Shown: positions 1-9,481 of the stretch, piece after piece
Layout: each line of letters begins with the position of its first letter
How positions within the stretch are numbered: position 1 is the stretch's first letter
Virus record (IMG/VR): IMGVR_UViG_3300023174_000056
Span: 32,001 to 96,000 of that record
Length of the DNA stretch: 64,000 bases
DNA from: a virus
Strand: one strand, 5' to 3'
Made by a program: the position numbers and the translations under genes
Notes under the pieces: model-generated
Seen by the model: only the letters and a program-made list of their open reading frames with translations
Told to the model about the DNA's origin: nothing
The model's database searches: none

Positions 1-178
1 ATATAATTTTCAACATTTCAAGCATCTGATATTTATATGAAATAAAGTGTGCAGATCCCAAAAGGAATCTTATCTCTAATTCTCTTAGATTTTTTTTATG
101 GGCTTGTTCATTTGCATAAAACGCATAAACTGTAATAATGAAAGCAGTAACAATAAAAACAGTTGTAAAAATGTCCAT
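1..178 (-). CDS. small membrane protein, runs off the window edge (partial)
   Basis: ATG at 178, frame open to position 1, hydrophobic N-terminus MDIFTTVFIVTAFIITVYAFYA; not in ORF track. Confidence 0.5.
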   Translation of the reverse strand, partial: MDIFTTVFIVTAFIITVYAFYANEQAHKKNLRELEIRFLLGSAHFISYKYQMLEMLKII

Positions 179-191
179 TTAAAATCCCATA

Positions 192-226
192 AAATAAAAC
201 CCGCTACCTTATTAAAGTAGCGGGCT
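192..226 (-). terminator. intrinsic terminator
   Basis: Minus strand GCCCGCTACTTT-AATA-AGGTAGCGGGT followed by TTTATTTT. Confidence 0.8.
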
Positions 227-251
227 GTTATTTATAACTATACTACAGTTT

Positions 252-518
252 TTATTCTTCTACAACTTCTTTTAATAAAGGAGCGACGATTTCTTCTGGA
301 AGGTTATTCATGAATGCCTCAAAAGCAATTTTTGGTATTTTTGTTTCTTGTAGAACTTCTAAGAAGTCAATAATTGCTTCCTTGGAAATTGTGTCCTCAT
401 CTATTTCATAAGATAGGCTATAGTTTTCAATCAAGGTTTCAACTTGGTCACTTTCGTTTGCAATATTTTCCATTTCTTCAGAAATTATTTGCTTTAGCTG
501 GCTTTTTGTAATTTGCAT
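252..518 (-). CDS. small acidic protein with MxITKxxLxxIIxEE N-terminal motif (putative internal head protein)
   Basis: Start moved to MQITKSQLKQIISEE at 518 (AAGGGA upstream); motif shared with other ORFs in the window. Confidence 0.7.
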   Translation of the reverse strand: MQITKSQLKQIISEEMENIANESDQVETLIENYSLSYEIDEDTISKEAIIDFLEVLQETKIPKIAFEAFMNNLPEEIVAPLLKEVVEE

Positions 519-538
519 TTTTTTATCCCTTATAGTCC

Positions 539-573
539 AACACCGACACACCTTTATAGGATATGTCGGTGTT
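539..573 (-). other. long intergenic stem-loop without U-tract
   Basis: AACACCGACATATCCT-ATAA-AGGTGTGTCGGTGTT inverted repeat. Confidence 0.6.
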
Positions 574-596
574 AAACATAGATTATCTATTTTAGA

Positions 597-1547
597 TTAT
601 TTCTTGTTGCCACCCTTGCCAGTTACAGGGCTTGTTTTACCGTGGCTTACTGTGTGTTTGCCTTCGCTTGGAGCTGCATGTAATTCATGACCGCCCTTTG
701 AATTCTTTTCGCCTTCCTTCCATTCTTGATCAGCTTGTTTTTTTGTTCCAAAAACGCTTGAACCTGGACCGTGGCCTTTTGCAACACCAGCTTTGCTGCC
801 ATTTGACATTGATGATTTTGGAGCAGGGGCATTAGCTTCTTTTAGCTCTTTTTTATCATCTGCGCCATCTGCTTTTTTCTTTTTTGCTGCTGCTGCTTTT
901 TTCTTCATTTCTTCTTTCTTCTTTTCAGCGGCAGTCATCTTTTTCTTCTTCTTAGCTTCTTCTAGAAGACGAGCGGTAACACGTGCCAATACAGTATTGA
1001 TAAGTGCTTCATCCATCTTGTGATCATACTTTTTGGCTTCGTCTGTTTCTTCTTCTTGCTCTTCCATCATTGGAGTTTCGCCTTCGTTCTCTTCGTCGGC
1101 TTCGCCTTCTTCTGATTCTTCAGAATCTTCTTCGCCTTCTTCTTCCTCTTTTTCATCAGCTGGTGCTTCCATTTCTTCTTCATCAGCTGCTTCACCACTA
1201 GCGTCCATCTCAACGTCTACGCCAACTAGATCAGCTAACATTGTTACTAGCTCTTGAAACTTAGCTTCTTTGTCTTCGCCACCAGCAGCTTCTTCTTCAC
1301 CGCCCATCTCTTCGCCAGCGTCTTCTTGATCGCCGCCTAATTCGTCGGCAGCCATATCAAGCATTTCTTCTTCTTGAACAGTTTCGTTTTCATTTCTTGC
1401 TAGTGAACCATATTCTTGTCTATCTTCTGGTTTTGCAGCCATTGGCAGATTTTCGTTAATTTCTGGTCTGTTGATGACTGGAATATCCGCAAGTGCCATA
1501 AAACGACGAACTTCTGACTCTGTTAATAGCTGTTTCTTATTGCTCAT
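597..1547 (-). CDS. acidic/lysine-rich low-complexity protein, putative prohead core/internal protein
   Basis: 316 aa, Glu-rich middle, Lys-rich C-terminus, LxE sites, EVRRFMALADI motif resembling scaffold C-terminus; AGGAG RBS. Confidence 0.6.
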   Translation of the reverse strand: MSNKKQLLTESEVRRFMALADIPVINRPEINENLPMAAKPEDRQEYGSLARNENETVQEEEMLDMAADELGGDQEDAGEEMGGEEEAAGGEDKEAKFQELVTMLADLVGVDVEMDASGEAADEEEMEAPADEKEEEEGEEDSEESEEGEADEENEGETPMMEEQEEETDEAKKYDHKMDEALINTVLARVTARLLEEAKKKKKMTAAEKKKEEMKKKAAAAKKKKADGADDKKELKEANAPAPKSSMSNGSKAGVAKGHGPGSSVFGTKKQADQEWKEGEKNSKGGHELHAAPSEGKHTVSHGKTSPVTGKGGNKK

Positions 1548-1586
1548 TTTTTATCTCCTAAAGGATTTTAGTTTCAAAATTTAAAA

Positions 1587-1594
1587 TAAATAGT
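1587..1594 (-). promoter_or_regulatory. ACTATTTA motif, putative late promoter
   Basis: Same 8-mer recurs upstream of many virion genes; 40 nt before ATG 1547. Confidence 0.6.
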
Positions 1595-1624
1595 TACATT
1601 CATCACAAAAGGAACTATTCAACA

Positions 1625-1885
1625 TCATAAATAGTTTCCAATATCTATTTGATCCTTAATTTTTTCTAATACTTCTTCTTCTATTTGTTTTACTCGCACA
1701 AAACTACAGCCAATTCTTTTAGAAACATCTCGTAACGTCATGTTACCATTCTTTTCTACTGCTATATGAACGCAATTAAGGTCTTCCTCAAAATCAATCC
1801 AGCTTCTGCATTCTTTATTTGGACAAGATTCTTCTAATGTTTTGCAGGCTTCTGTACATGTTTTAAACTTATAATCACTCATCAT
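1625..1885 (-). CDS. stand-alone sigma70 region 4-like HTH protein with Cys-rich N-terminus
   Basis: MTLRDVSKRIGCSFVRVKQIEEEVLEKI matches sigma 4.2 pattern (TLxEIG..GVSRERVRQIE..AL.KL); CxxxC..CxxxxC..C cluster. Confidence 0.75.
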   Translation of the reverse strand: MMSDYKFKTCTEACKTLEESCPNKECRSWIDFEEDLNCVHIAVEKNGNMTLRDVSKRIGCSFVRVKQIEEEVLEKIKDQIDIGNYL

Positions 1886-2186
1886 TATCTTCCAATTCTA
1901 TTTGGTCGTAAATATCAGCTACTTCCTCTTCGGATAGCATAAAATATTCTTCTTGCTTTTGCTGTTCTTTTTCGTCTTTTTTCATTTTTTTTAATGATCT
2001 TTTACCTATTCTTTCTTCATTCAGTTCTTTTATTAAAGAACGCATATGAGGATTATCTTCAACATATGCCTTTACAAGCATTTTAAAAAAAGTTTGTTGT
2101 GGTAAATTATCATAACGAAATTTTAATCTCATATCTGCATGAGCTGTATTGCTTAAATAAAAGGTATACTTCTTCCAACCTTCCAT
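1875..2186 (-). CDS. hypothetical protein, possible ribbon-helix-helix DNA-binding N-terminus
   Basis: KKYTFYLS beta-strand followed by two amphipathic helices; coupled to neighbours. Confidence 0.55.
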   Translation of the reverse strand: MEGWKKYTFYLSNTAHADMRLKFRYDNLPQQTFFKMLVKAYVEDNPHMRSLIKELNEERIGKRSLKKMKKDEKEQQKQEEYFMLSEEEVADIYDQIELEDNDE

Positions 2187-3211
2187 TAACGGTTCCTAGA
2201 AAGAATGTGTGTAGAGCTTTCGTGTTGACCAGCACTCGTTTGACGGATAAACTCCGACCTAGCTTGTAGTCCACCAATATTTATAGCACCAGTATACGAT
2301 AAACCGCTCTTAATATTACCAACAAGATCATTAAAAATATTTTCTACTGGGCCTTTATACGGTACAGTTGTAGCAATGCCTTCTGGGGCTGAGGATTTAC
2401 CACGCCACTCTTCTTGAGCTTCACGGGAAGCCATGCCACGATAGGCTTTCATTTTCATGCCATAAATTAGTGATTCGGTAATTTCACCTGGTGCTTCGTC
2501 TGTTCCTGCTAGTAATGAACCTAACATTACAAAATCCGCTCCAGCGGCTAACGCCTTAATAATATCTCCAGCGTTTTTGATACCACCGTCAGCAATAAGA
2601 GTAGCGGTAGTAGCAACTTTAGCGCAATCCATAATAGCAGTAATATTAGGGACACCATGACCTGTTTGAATCCTTGTGGAACAAATTGAACCACCACCAA
2701 TACCAACACGAATAGAATTCGCACCCCACGCTTGCAATGCTTCAAAAGCTTCTGCTGTAGCTACATTGCCAGCCATAATATGGATAGATGGTCCATAGTG
2801 GTCACGGATACTACGAATAGCATTATAAACATTGAGGTGATGACCGTGAGCAACGTCAATGCAGATAAAATCAACACCAGCATTATACAGGGCAGTAACC
2901 CGCTCCATATAATCGCCAGTGCTACCAACAGCAGCGCCGACACGTTCGCCATTGCGCTTAACTGAACGAACAATTTCAGCTTGCTCCTCAATTGAGTTGT
3001 AACGGTGAATAATAGCTACACCACCTAGCTTTGATAGCGCTACAGCCATATCAAAACCACTAACTGTGTCCATTGGACTTGCAATGATAGGTGTTTGAAA
3101 CTCTAAACTTGGTCCAAGACCACTTTTTAAAGTCACTTGTGACCGACTTTCGATTTCGCTATAATGTGGAACTAGTAATACATCATCATAACTTAATGCT
3201 TCTTTAAACAT
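2186..3211 (-). CDS. IMPDH/GMP reductase family enzyme lacking CBS domains (likely GMP reductase)
   Basis: [36 protein letters not shown] catalytic Cys loop, IADGGI, YRGMAS; start moved to MFKEAL (GAGG RBS). Confidence 0.92.
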   Translation of the reverse strand: MFKEALSYDDVLLVPHYSEIESRSQVTLKSGLGPSLEFQTPIIASPMDTVSGFDMAVALSKLGGVAIIHRYNSIEEQAEIVRSVKRNGERVGAAVGSTGDYMERVTALYNAGVDFICIDVAHGHHLNVYNAIRSIRDHYGPSIHIMAGNVATAEAFEALQAWGANSIRVGIGGGSICSTRIQTGHGVPNITAIMDCAKVATTATLIADGGIKNAGDIIKALAAGADFVMLGSLLAGTDEAPGEITESLIYGMKMKAYRGMASREAQEEWRGKSSAPEGIATTVPYKGPVENIFNDLVGNIKSGLSYTGAINIGGLQARSEFIRQTSAGQHESSTHILSRNR

Positions 3212-3428
3212 TTTTCCTCTTTTCTTGGCAGGATGGGCAATAAAGATCAACTCGTTTTTGTTCGCTGAACACCTCTACGAACCAAGTCATCGCCATCTGC
3301 TTGTCTTTTTTATCAAAAATTGCGTCACAAGTCAAGCATTTGTTTGGCATATCAAGCATCAAATTTACGCTCTTAAATGCCTCTTTTCCCATTAGTTTTT
3401 CAGCTGTACGTCTTTCTTTGCGGTTCAT
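3204..3428 (-). CDS. small zinc-finger protein
   Basis: MNRKERR start, CxxC...CxxC. Confidence 0.7.
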   Translation of the reverse strand: MNRKERRTAEKLMGKEAFKSVNLMLDMPNKCLTCDAIFDKKDKQMAMTWFVEVFSEQKRVDLYCPSCQEKRKNV

Positions 3429-3934
3429 TTTGCACCACTTGATCCAAACCCGCCAGAACCTCGGCTATTCTCTGGTGTGGAAAATTCTTCCACTTGCACA
3501 AGTTCGCTTTGCCAAACACGTTGCACTGTAAATTGTGCAATCTTATCATGGTGGTTGACTACCACTCTTTCAGTTGTAGCATTATGAAGAACAATACCCC
3601 AAGGACCAGTATAAAAACTATCTACAAGACCAAGGATAACAAGCTTACCCTTGCTATTCATGCCGCTTCTACCACGGATATCACAACACCAACCATTTGG
3701 TGGCATAATAGCTAAACCAGTTGGTACAATTCGTGTATCACCTGGAAGTAGAACAATTGGCTCATTTGGGCAATCCGCATAAAGATCCCAAGCCGCATCT
3801 TCGGCATGTGCTTTTTGTGGACCTTTTGCTGTTTGTGTTAGTGGTTTCCACTGCAATGTTGCAGAAATCATATTTTCCCATACTTTCTTTTTTTCTTTTA
3901 AAGATTCCCATGTTTCTAGATTAATTGTTGTCAT
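3425..3934 (-). CDS. dut: trimeric dUTPase
   Basis: AWDL, RGRSG, GLVDSFYTG, KIAQ, RGSGGFGSSG motifs I-V. Confidence 0.95.
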   Translation of the reverse strand: MTTINLETWESLKEKKKVWENMISATLQWKPLTQTAKGPQKAHAEDAAWDLYADCPNEPIVLLPGDTRIVPTGLAIMPPNGWCCDIRGRSGMNSKGKLVILGLVDSFYTGPWGIVLHNATTERVVVNHHDKIAQFTVQRVWQSELVQVEEFSTPENSRGSGGFGSSGAK

Positions 3935-3942
3935 TTTATCTC

Positions 3943-4164
3943 CTAAAAAATTTTATCTGCCTTGTTTTCCATTTCATGGGCAAGGTTTTTAAGCATATTT
4001 GCCGTATCTACCAAAACTCTTCTAGCTCCAAGATGGTGTAATTCAGGTTCTTTACAGGCCATCAATTCTAAGACAATACCATTGTGTTCTAAAATAATGT
4101 GACTTTTAGAATGAATTTCACTATTAACCGCTTTAATATCTGTGTGTTTAATTTCCCACTTCAT
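3943..4164 (-). CDS. hypothetical protein
   Basis: 73 aa ORF filling the gap in the operon. Confidence 0.6.
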   Translation of the reverse strand: MKWEIKHTDIKAVNSEIHSKSHIILEHNGIVLELMACKEPELHHLGARRVLVDTANMLKNLAHEMENKADKIF

Positions 4165-4165
4165 T

Positions 4166-4564
4166 TTAACCCTTTTTGAGAAGCCAAGAAGAGCTTTGTA
4201 TTTTTTCTCCTAGCCCGTCTACCATTTCTATTCCTAATTCTTGACAAATCTTAGCCTCTGGTATTTCTGATGAAAACCTATCGCCCCCCTTGGCAAAAAT
4301 GTTAGGCTTCACCAGAGCTAAAGTATCGCACACCGTGCCATCCTTGTCAATCGAAAGAATAACTTCGTCCACGCAGCGGAGAGCAGCGACGATTTCCATA
4401 CGCTCGTCTTCTTTCATGAATTCTTTAGAGCCTTTTAAAGATCTTTGGTGGTCGCTATTAACAATAACAACTAAGTGATCTCCTAATTGTTTTGCTTTTT
4501 CTAGGTATTCTACGTGTCCTTTATGGAGTGGGTTAAAATAACCACTTGTTGCTATTTTTTTCAT
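4166..4564 (-). CDS. HIGH-family cytidylyltransferase (TagD/RfaE-bifunctional-II-like)
   Basis: SGYFNPLHKGH, VIVNSD, ER..IV.ALRCVDEV, FAKGGD, SSS. Confidence 0.9.
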   Translation of the reverse strand: MKKIATSGYFNPLHKGHVEYLEKAKQLGDHLVVIVNSDHQRSLKGSKEFMKEDERMEIVAALRCVDEVILSIDKDGTVCDTLALVKPNIFAKGGDRFSSEIPEAKICQELGIEMVDGLGEKIQSSSWLLKKG

Positions 4565-4905
4565 TTAACTCTCCCATAAATGTCATCAAATCTTTGTATG
4601 TCGTCCTCACCAAAATAAGTACCAGTTTGTACTTCAACAAACTCAAGATTATTTTTACCAATATTTTCTATTCTGTGCATAAAACCAACAGGTACAATAA
4701 CGGTATTCCCTGTTTTTACTTCCCAATCATTTCCATTAACGTGAACGTTCCCTGTACCAGCAACAACAACCCAAATTTCACTTCTTTTTTGATGCTTTTG
4801 CAAACTAATTTTTTGTCCAGGGTTAACTACAATACGCTTTACTTTATGCGTTTCGGTATCTTCTAAAATAATGTAATGTCCCCAAGGTCTTTCTGTTTTT
4901 TCCAT
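4561..4905 (-). CDS. cupin, mannose-6-phosphate isomerase type II C-terminal-like domain
   Basis: ERPWG, VKRIVVNPGQKISLQKHQKRSEIWVVV, HRIEN, EVQTGTYFGEDDIQRFDD.YGR. Confidence 0.9.
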   Translation of the reverse strand: MEKTERPWGHYIILEDTETHKVKRIVVNPGQKISLQKHQKRSEIWVVVAGTGNVHVNGNDWEVKTGNTVIVPVGFMHRIENIGKNNLEFVEVQTGTYFGEDDIQRFDDIYGRVK

Positions 4906-4909
4906 ATTT

Positions 4910-7900
4910 TTATCCTAATAGTTTGAAATTGTATTTAATACTTCTCGTGCTAAATCCCCAGTCGTCTTTTTGTAATTTTCCAAGATATGGTCTGTTTTTC
5001 CAAATTTTATCTTTTTTAGGATCAACACCCCAACACTTAATATTAGTAATTTTGTTAGTTGTGTCAGTAACTTCAAGAACCCAATAAAGTTTACCATTTT
5101 TAGTTTTCTTTTCTATTATATTTCTAGGAATAAACCAAACAACTTCTCCTAGTTCCTGTTCGTTTTCTCCAATTGATGGAATGTATTTCTCTTCTAATCT
5201 TTTAAGAATTTGCGGATCCATTACAAGATTGATTGGATAGATACCAGACAAGGATGTAAGATTATCAATCTTTTCCTCTAATGTAAAATCTCCTTCTGGT
5301 TTATATTTTTCAATATTTTCATCAAGCTTCTTTTTTGTCTTTGGCCGGTCAACAACGCAAGCAGACCAAAAATGCTTCAAGCCTGTAAAACGTTTATCTA
5401 CCAGCGATGTTAGAGCTTCACTTCTTGTAAGTGAATCGAGTGCTTTCTTATTAAGCTTGCTATATGTAACTTCTGGGTGGAACAGCAAATCTTCAGCCGT
5501 TTTGAACGGACGGTATTTCATAATCTGTTCAATCGCCGTATCTCCTAAACCCTTGATTGACGACAGCGGTTGAATAAGTGTTTTGGCATCGTTTACGTCT
5601 ACTTCCCATTTAACACCAGATTTATTGATATCAAGGTTTCTTACAGTGAATCCAAAAGATTTAGCAGTTGCGATTGCCGCTTCCTTGCGCTCTTCTGGTT
5701 CTTTATCAAGGAATGCCGCAAGCCATTCAGCTGGAAAATGGTAGAAGAGGTAAGCACACTGATAAGATAGAATTGAGTAACAGACAGCGTGGCTAAGATT
5801 AAAGCCATATCCCGAGAAGAATTCCATAGTTTTCCAGAGATTAATTGCATCGACTTCTGCAATTGATTTTTCTTTGCATCCTTCAATGAATTTTCCATAT
5901 AGTTTTTCCTTTACTTGCGCTTCCTTACCAGTGCCTTTTTTAGTTAGAACTTTACGTAATTCGTTACCTTCATCAAGAGTAATATCCTTGCCAAGCTTGT
6001 GTGCAAGTAGCGACAATTGTTCTTGGAAGACAATAAATCCATAAGTCTCTTCAGTTACTTCTCTGACTAAATCATGGATATATTGAATATTGCTTGGATC
6101 ATTTTTAGCTTCAATATATTTGTTATGAACATTCGCAGATAATGGCCCAGGTCGATAAATTGAGGTAATAGCAGCAATATCTACAATATTTTTTGGTTTT
6201 GCATCCATACAGAATTTTCTGGCTCCATGATTTGTGAACTGGAACGTCCCACAAAAATTGCCTTCTTGGAATACATGTTCATAAACTTTTTCATCGTTGA
6301 GGTTGATCTTTTCTGGGCTTAGGAAGTTGTCGTAATACTTCTTAATATCTTTAAAAGTCGGCTCTTTAACTCCGTGATGACGCTTCAAAATATGCTCGAT
6401 ACAAGTTTCGATCATTCTAAGAGAAGCAAGACCAAGAACGTCAAACTTAATAAAACCAAGTGGTTCCAAATGACGAACTGTTTGCCCCTCAGTCCAAGGC
6501 GTTTGAACAACGCCGCCGCTGTTGATTAGCGGCATTTTTTCATTCAAGTTGTCGGCAAATAGAACACCACCAGCATGGCGAGAAATTGAACGAATTTGAC
6601 CTTGCAAGTTTTCAACGTGTGTCGCAACATGTGGATATTTTGTTAAGAACCCTAGCAATGATGGTGAATGCTGTTTGAGTTCATCCCACGTTGGATTATA
6701 AACACCAGCAGTAATGCCATGTAATTGCTTGCAAATTGGAGTTGCTTCACTTAACATTTTGCTAGTTACTTCATTCACTTCTTGGAAGTTAATATCATAA
6801 AGTTTAGAAATATCCTTTATTAGCGAACGAATTTGTAGTGTGTTGTAGTTTGAAATCGGAACAACGCAGTTTTCACCAAATTCTTTAATCATTGCTTCTT
6901 TAATTTCCATTGGATCGGAAACGTCGAAGTCAATATCTGGGTAATCTTTAGCATTCTTACGAATAAAACGTGAGAACTGGAGCTTGTATTTGATTGGATC
7001 AACTTCTGTAATGTTTAACAAATATGAAACTAGCGAGCCAGCACCAGAGCCACGACCTGCGCCACACAATTGTTTTTCTTTTGACTTGTCAGCAATTGTT
7101 TTCATAGTCAAGAAATACTTAGAAAATCCACGATCCTTAATTGTGTGCAATTCTTCCTTGAGGCGAGCGACATATTCGCTATCCTTGTGAAGATTGTTTT
7201 TCTTTAGATTTTCAATAGCAATTTTTACCAAAGTATCATCAGCCGTTTCGCCTTCTGGGACGACGAAAGACGGAAGTTTGATGGTTGTATCTGGCGTATA
7301 ATTTTCAATACGATTTTCTAGAATCTCTGACGTTCTTTCAATGCTGTCAGCAATAAGCTGATCGTCATAAGCAAAGCCCAGCTTTTTAGAAGTAAGTTTA
7401 TAGAATTCATATAGTTGATCGCCATTCTTTGGATAAAGTTGATAAGCCATTTCATCCAATGAAACAGGAAGATTGCCAATGCTCAGTTCATCCTTGTTCT
7501 TTCCAAGCCAACCAAGCATTTTATAGATTTCACGATCCTTCCACATGTCTGGAGAAGGGTAATGGGCATCGCAAGTCGTGATTAATTGGAAGCCATATTG
7601 TTTAGAAAGTTGAATAATGAATTGATTGATCTTGTGTTGGTCTGGATTCATAGCCCATTGAAGTTCGCCATAGAAGCGATCTCCAAAGATATCCATCATT
7701 TTTTCGACTGTCTTAGCCATCGCTCCAAGAACTGCACTATCGCCATTGTCACGATTGCGCCAATAATCATTCCCAAGAATACCACCAATACAAGCGGAAG
7801 ATGCAATAATACCATTGCTATGACGCTTGAGAAGATCATAATCCATCCTAGGGAAGCGGTAAAAATTATCCCCACGATAGGAGTCGCTAACCATTTTGAA

Positions 7901-8344
7901 AAGATTGTTAAGACCCTCTTGATTGATTGCGTTAAGGACAAGGTGACTTCTTTGGTTGAGCGTACCATGTTTACCCTTCTTTGTTTCACTTTCGTCTTCT
8001 ACAACAAGTCCAACGTCATCATCAACTTGTTTTGCAAGTTTGGCGTCTTCCTTGTGCTTTTCTTTATCTTTTTTCCAATCTGGAATCGATGGATGTATGT
8101 AAGCTTCAATACCATAAATAACCTTGAAATCGGTTTTGCCTTCATCCTTCATCTTTTTAGACTTCATCATTGCATATGAAAATGAATTCATATTACCATG
8201 ATTGGTAAAAGCCATACCATCAAGACCATTGCTATATGCAAAATCAATATGTTCGTCTGGAAAACCCATTCCATCAAAAATACTGAAAGTATCGTGTCCG
8301 TGAAGATTTGTAAATTTTAGTGATGGTTTCTTACGCTCTGTCAT
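4910..8344 (-). CDS. dnaE: DNA polymerase III alpha subunit (family C, DnaE-type)
   Basis: PHP domain, GRGSGAGSLVSYLL.ITEVDP, PDIDFD, RHAGG, KFDVLGL, SIYRPGP, FQEQ, YGFN.SHA; ATG 8344 with GGAG RBS. Confidence 0.97.
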   Translation of the reverse strand: MTERKKPSLKFTNLHGHDTFSIFDGMGFPDEHIDFAYSNGLDGMAFTNHGNMNSFSYAMMKSKKMKDEGKTDFKVIYGIEAYIHPSIPDWKKDKEKHKEDAKLAKQVDDDVGLVVEDESETKKGKHGTLNQRSHLVLNAINQEGLNNLFKMVSDSYRGDNFYRFPRMDYDLLKRHSNGIIASSACIGGILGNDYWRNRDNGDSAVLGAMAKTVEKMMDIFGDRFYGELQWAMNPDQHKINQFIIQLSKQYGFQLITTCDAHYPSPDMWKDREIYKMLGWLGKNKDELSIGNLPVSLDEMAYQLYPKNGDQLYEFYKLTSKKLGFAYDDQLIADSIERTSEILENRIENYTPDTTIKLPSFVVPEGETADDTLVKIAIENLKKNNLHKDSEYVARLKEELHTIKDRGFSKYFLTMKTIADKSKEKQLCGAGRGSGAGSLVSYLLNITEVDPIKYKLQFSRFIRKNAKDYPDIDFDVSDPMEIKEAMIKEFGENCVVPISNYNTLQIRSLIKDISKLYDINFQEVNEVTSKMLSEATPICKQLHGITAGVYNPTWDELKQHSPSLLGFLTKYPHVATHVENLQGQIRSISRHAGGVLFADNLNEKMPLINSGGVVQTPWTEGQTVRHLEPLGFIKFDVLGLASLRMIETCIEHILKRHHGVKEPTFKDIKKYYDNFLSPEKINLNDEKVYEHVFQEGNFCGTFQFTNHGARKFCMDAKPKNIVDIAAITSIYRPGPLSANVHNKYIEAKNDPSNIQYIHDLVREVTEETYGFIVFQEQLSLLAHKLGKDITLDEGNELRKVLTKKGTGKEAQVKEKLYGKFIEGCKEKSIAEVDAINLWKTMEFFSGYGFNLSHAVCYSILSYQCAYLFYHFPAEWLAAFLDKEPEERKEAAIATAKSFGFTVRNLDINKSGVKWEVDVNDAKTLIQPLSSIKGLGDTAIEQIMKYRPFKTAEDLLFHPEVTYSKLNKKALDSLTRSEALTSLVDKRFTGLKHFWSACVVDRPKTKKKLDENIEKYKPEGDFTLEEKIDNLTSLSGIYPINLVMDPQILKRLEEKYIPSIGENEQELGEVVWFIPRNIIEKKTKNGKLYWVLEVTDTTNKITNIKCWGVDPKKDKIWKNRPYLGKLQKDDWGFSTRSIKYNFKLLG

Positions 8345-8394
8345 TTTTTCTCCACTCAATAAAATAATGAGCTGCTACGTTGCCTATGAAAAGT

Positions 8395-8423
8395 ATACTA
8401 ACACGCCATAAAAATTCTTGCAA
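8395..8423 (-). promoter_or_regulatory. sigma70-type promoter of dnaE
   Basis: TTGCAA-17 nt-TAGTAT with TG extension. Confidence 0.7.
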
Positions 8424-8433
8424 GGTGAATGTA

Positions 8434-9267
8434 TCATACATTTTCACCTCTTTTTTTAAACATGTGGATTGCATAGTCCACTGGTTGTCCAAGTGTGCCG
8501 CTCTCGTAATCTTCTGGTTCGGTGTTTTCGTGAGTGATGCCTAGCTTTTCATAAAAAAGTAAAATATCTTCTTTTTTAATTGCATTCTTATTACGAAGAA
8601 TACTTTTTACATTACTCATATCCGTACTTTTATTATTACATGATTCTAGTAATTTTGCTAAAACCTGTTCATAATTTGAAGGCCATAAAGAATAATCAGT
8701 TCCTAAATATTTCTTTAATCTCCAAGGAAAATATTTACCAGATAAATTATCTACACGAATAATTTTCTGATCTTCTAACCCTTCCCAACCATCGACCATC
8801 CAAATAAATTTACCATCAGTGGCAATTTTACAATTAGCAATATCAAAACGATTTAGAACTTCTTCTGGCGAACCCGTACTTTTGGCAATAAATTGGAACT
8901 TAACAACAGCTGGTTTTTTCATGCTGTTTAATCTCAAGCCGCCATTTCCCTCATATGCAAAACCAGTTACGCTGTTTGGAGCAAATGTAGAGGGTCTAGG
9001 GATAAACGTTCCAACGTGCTTGGTAAAATATTCAAAAGCTTCTTGAGCGTGCTGCTCAGAGTAGAAAAAGAAATCAATATCTCCTGCTGATAATCCGTCT
9101 TTGATAGTTTCTATAACACTACCATTCTTAATTACCTTACGTAGAAATCCACCCGCTAGATAACCTCCGTTAATAAAATAGTTTGATTGGCTATCATAAA
9201 ACTCCATGAAATCTGGGACTTTACCTAATAGCCACGAAATATCTTTTTTAATAACACTAGTTGCCAT
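8434..9267 (-). CDS. Pol-beta superfamily nucleotidyltransferase (CCA/polyA polymerase head-like)
   Basis: LAGGFLR...GDIDFFF and EVLNRFDIANCKIA motifs. Confidence 0.7.
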   Translation of the reverse strand: MATSVIKKDISWLLGKVPDFMEFYDSQSNYFINGGYLAGGFLRKVIKNGSVIETIKDGLSAGDIDFFFYSEQHAQEAFEYFTKHVGTFIPRPSTFAPNSVTGFAYEGNGGLRLNSMKKPAVVKFQFIAKSTGSPEEVLNRFDIANCKIATDGKFIWMVDGWEGLEDQKIIRVDNLSGKYFPWRLKKYLGTDYSLWPSNYEQVLAKLLESCNNKSTDMSNVKSILRNKNAIKKEDILLFYEKLGITHENTEPEDYESGTLGQPVDYAIHMFKKRGENV

Positions 9268-9481
9268 TTTTCAAATCCTTTTCAAAGTTTTCAATTAGTT
9301 TAATTGCTTCAAACAACTCTTTCGTTGGCTCACCAATAAATTCACCATCATATCCACTGTTGCGCAATCTTTTTGCTGCAAAATAACAACGGTATAATAC
9401 ATCGTTGTATCGGTCAAGTCTATCGAAATTAATCTTCAGATTGTCGTATTTGTTCTTCCAGTCTTCCTTGTTTTTGCTCAT
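9257..9481 (-). CDS. hypothetical protein
   Basis: 74 aa ORF overlapping both neighbours, GAGA RBS. Confidence 0.6.
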   Translation of the reverse strand: MSKNKEDWKNKYDNLKINFDRLDRYNDVLYRCYFAAKRLRNSGYDGEFIGEPTKELFEAIKLIENFEKDLKNGN

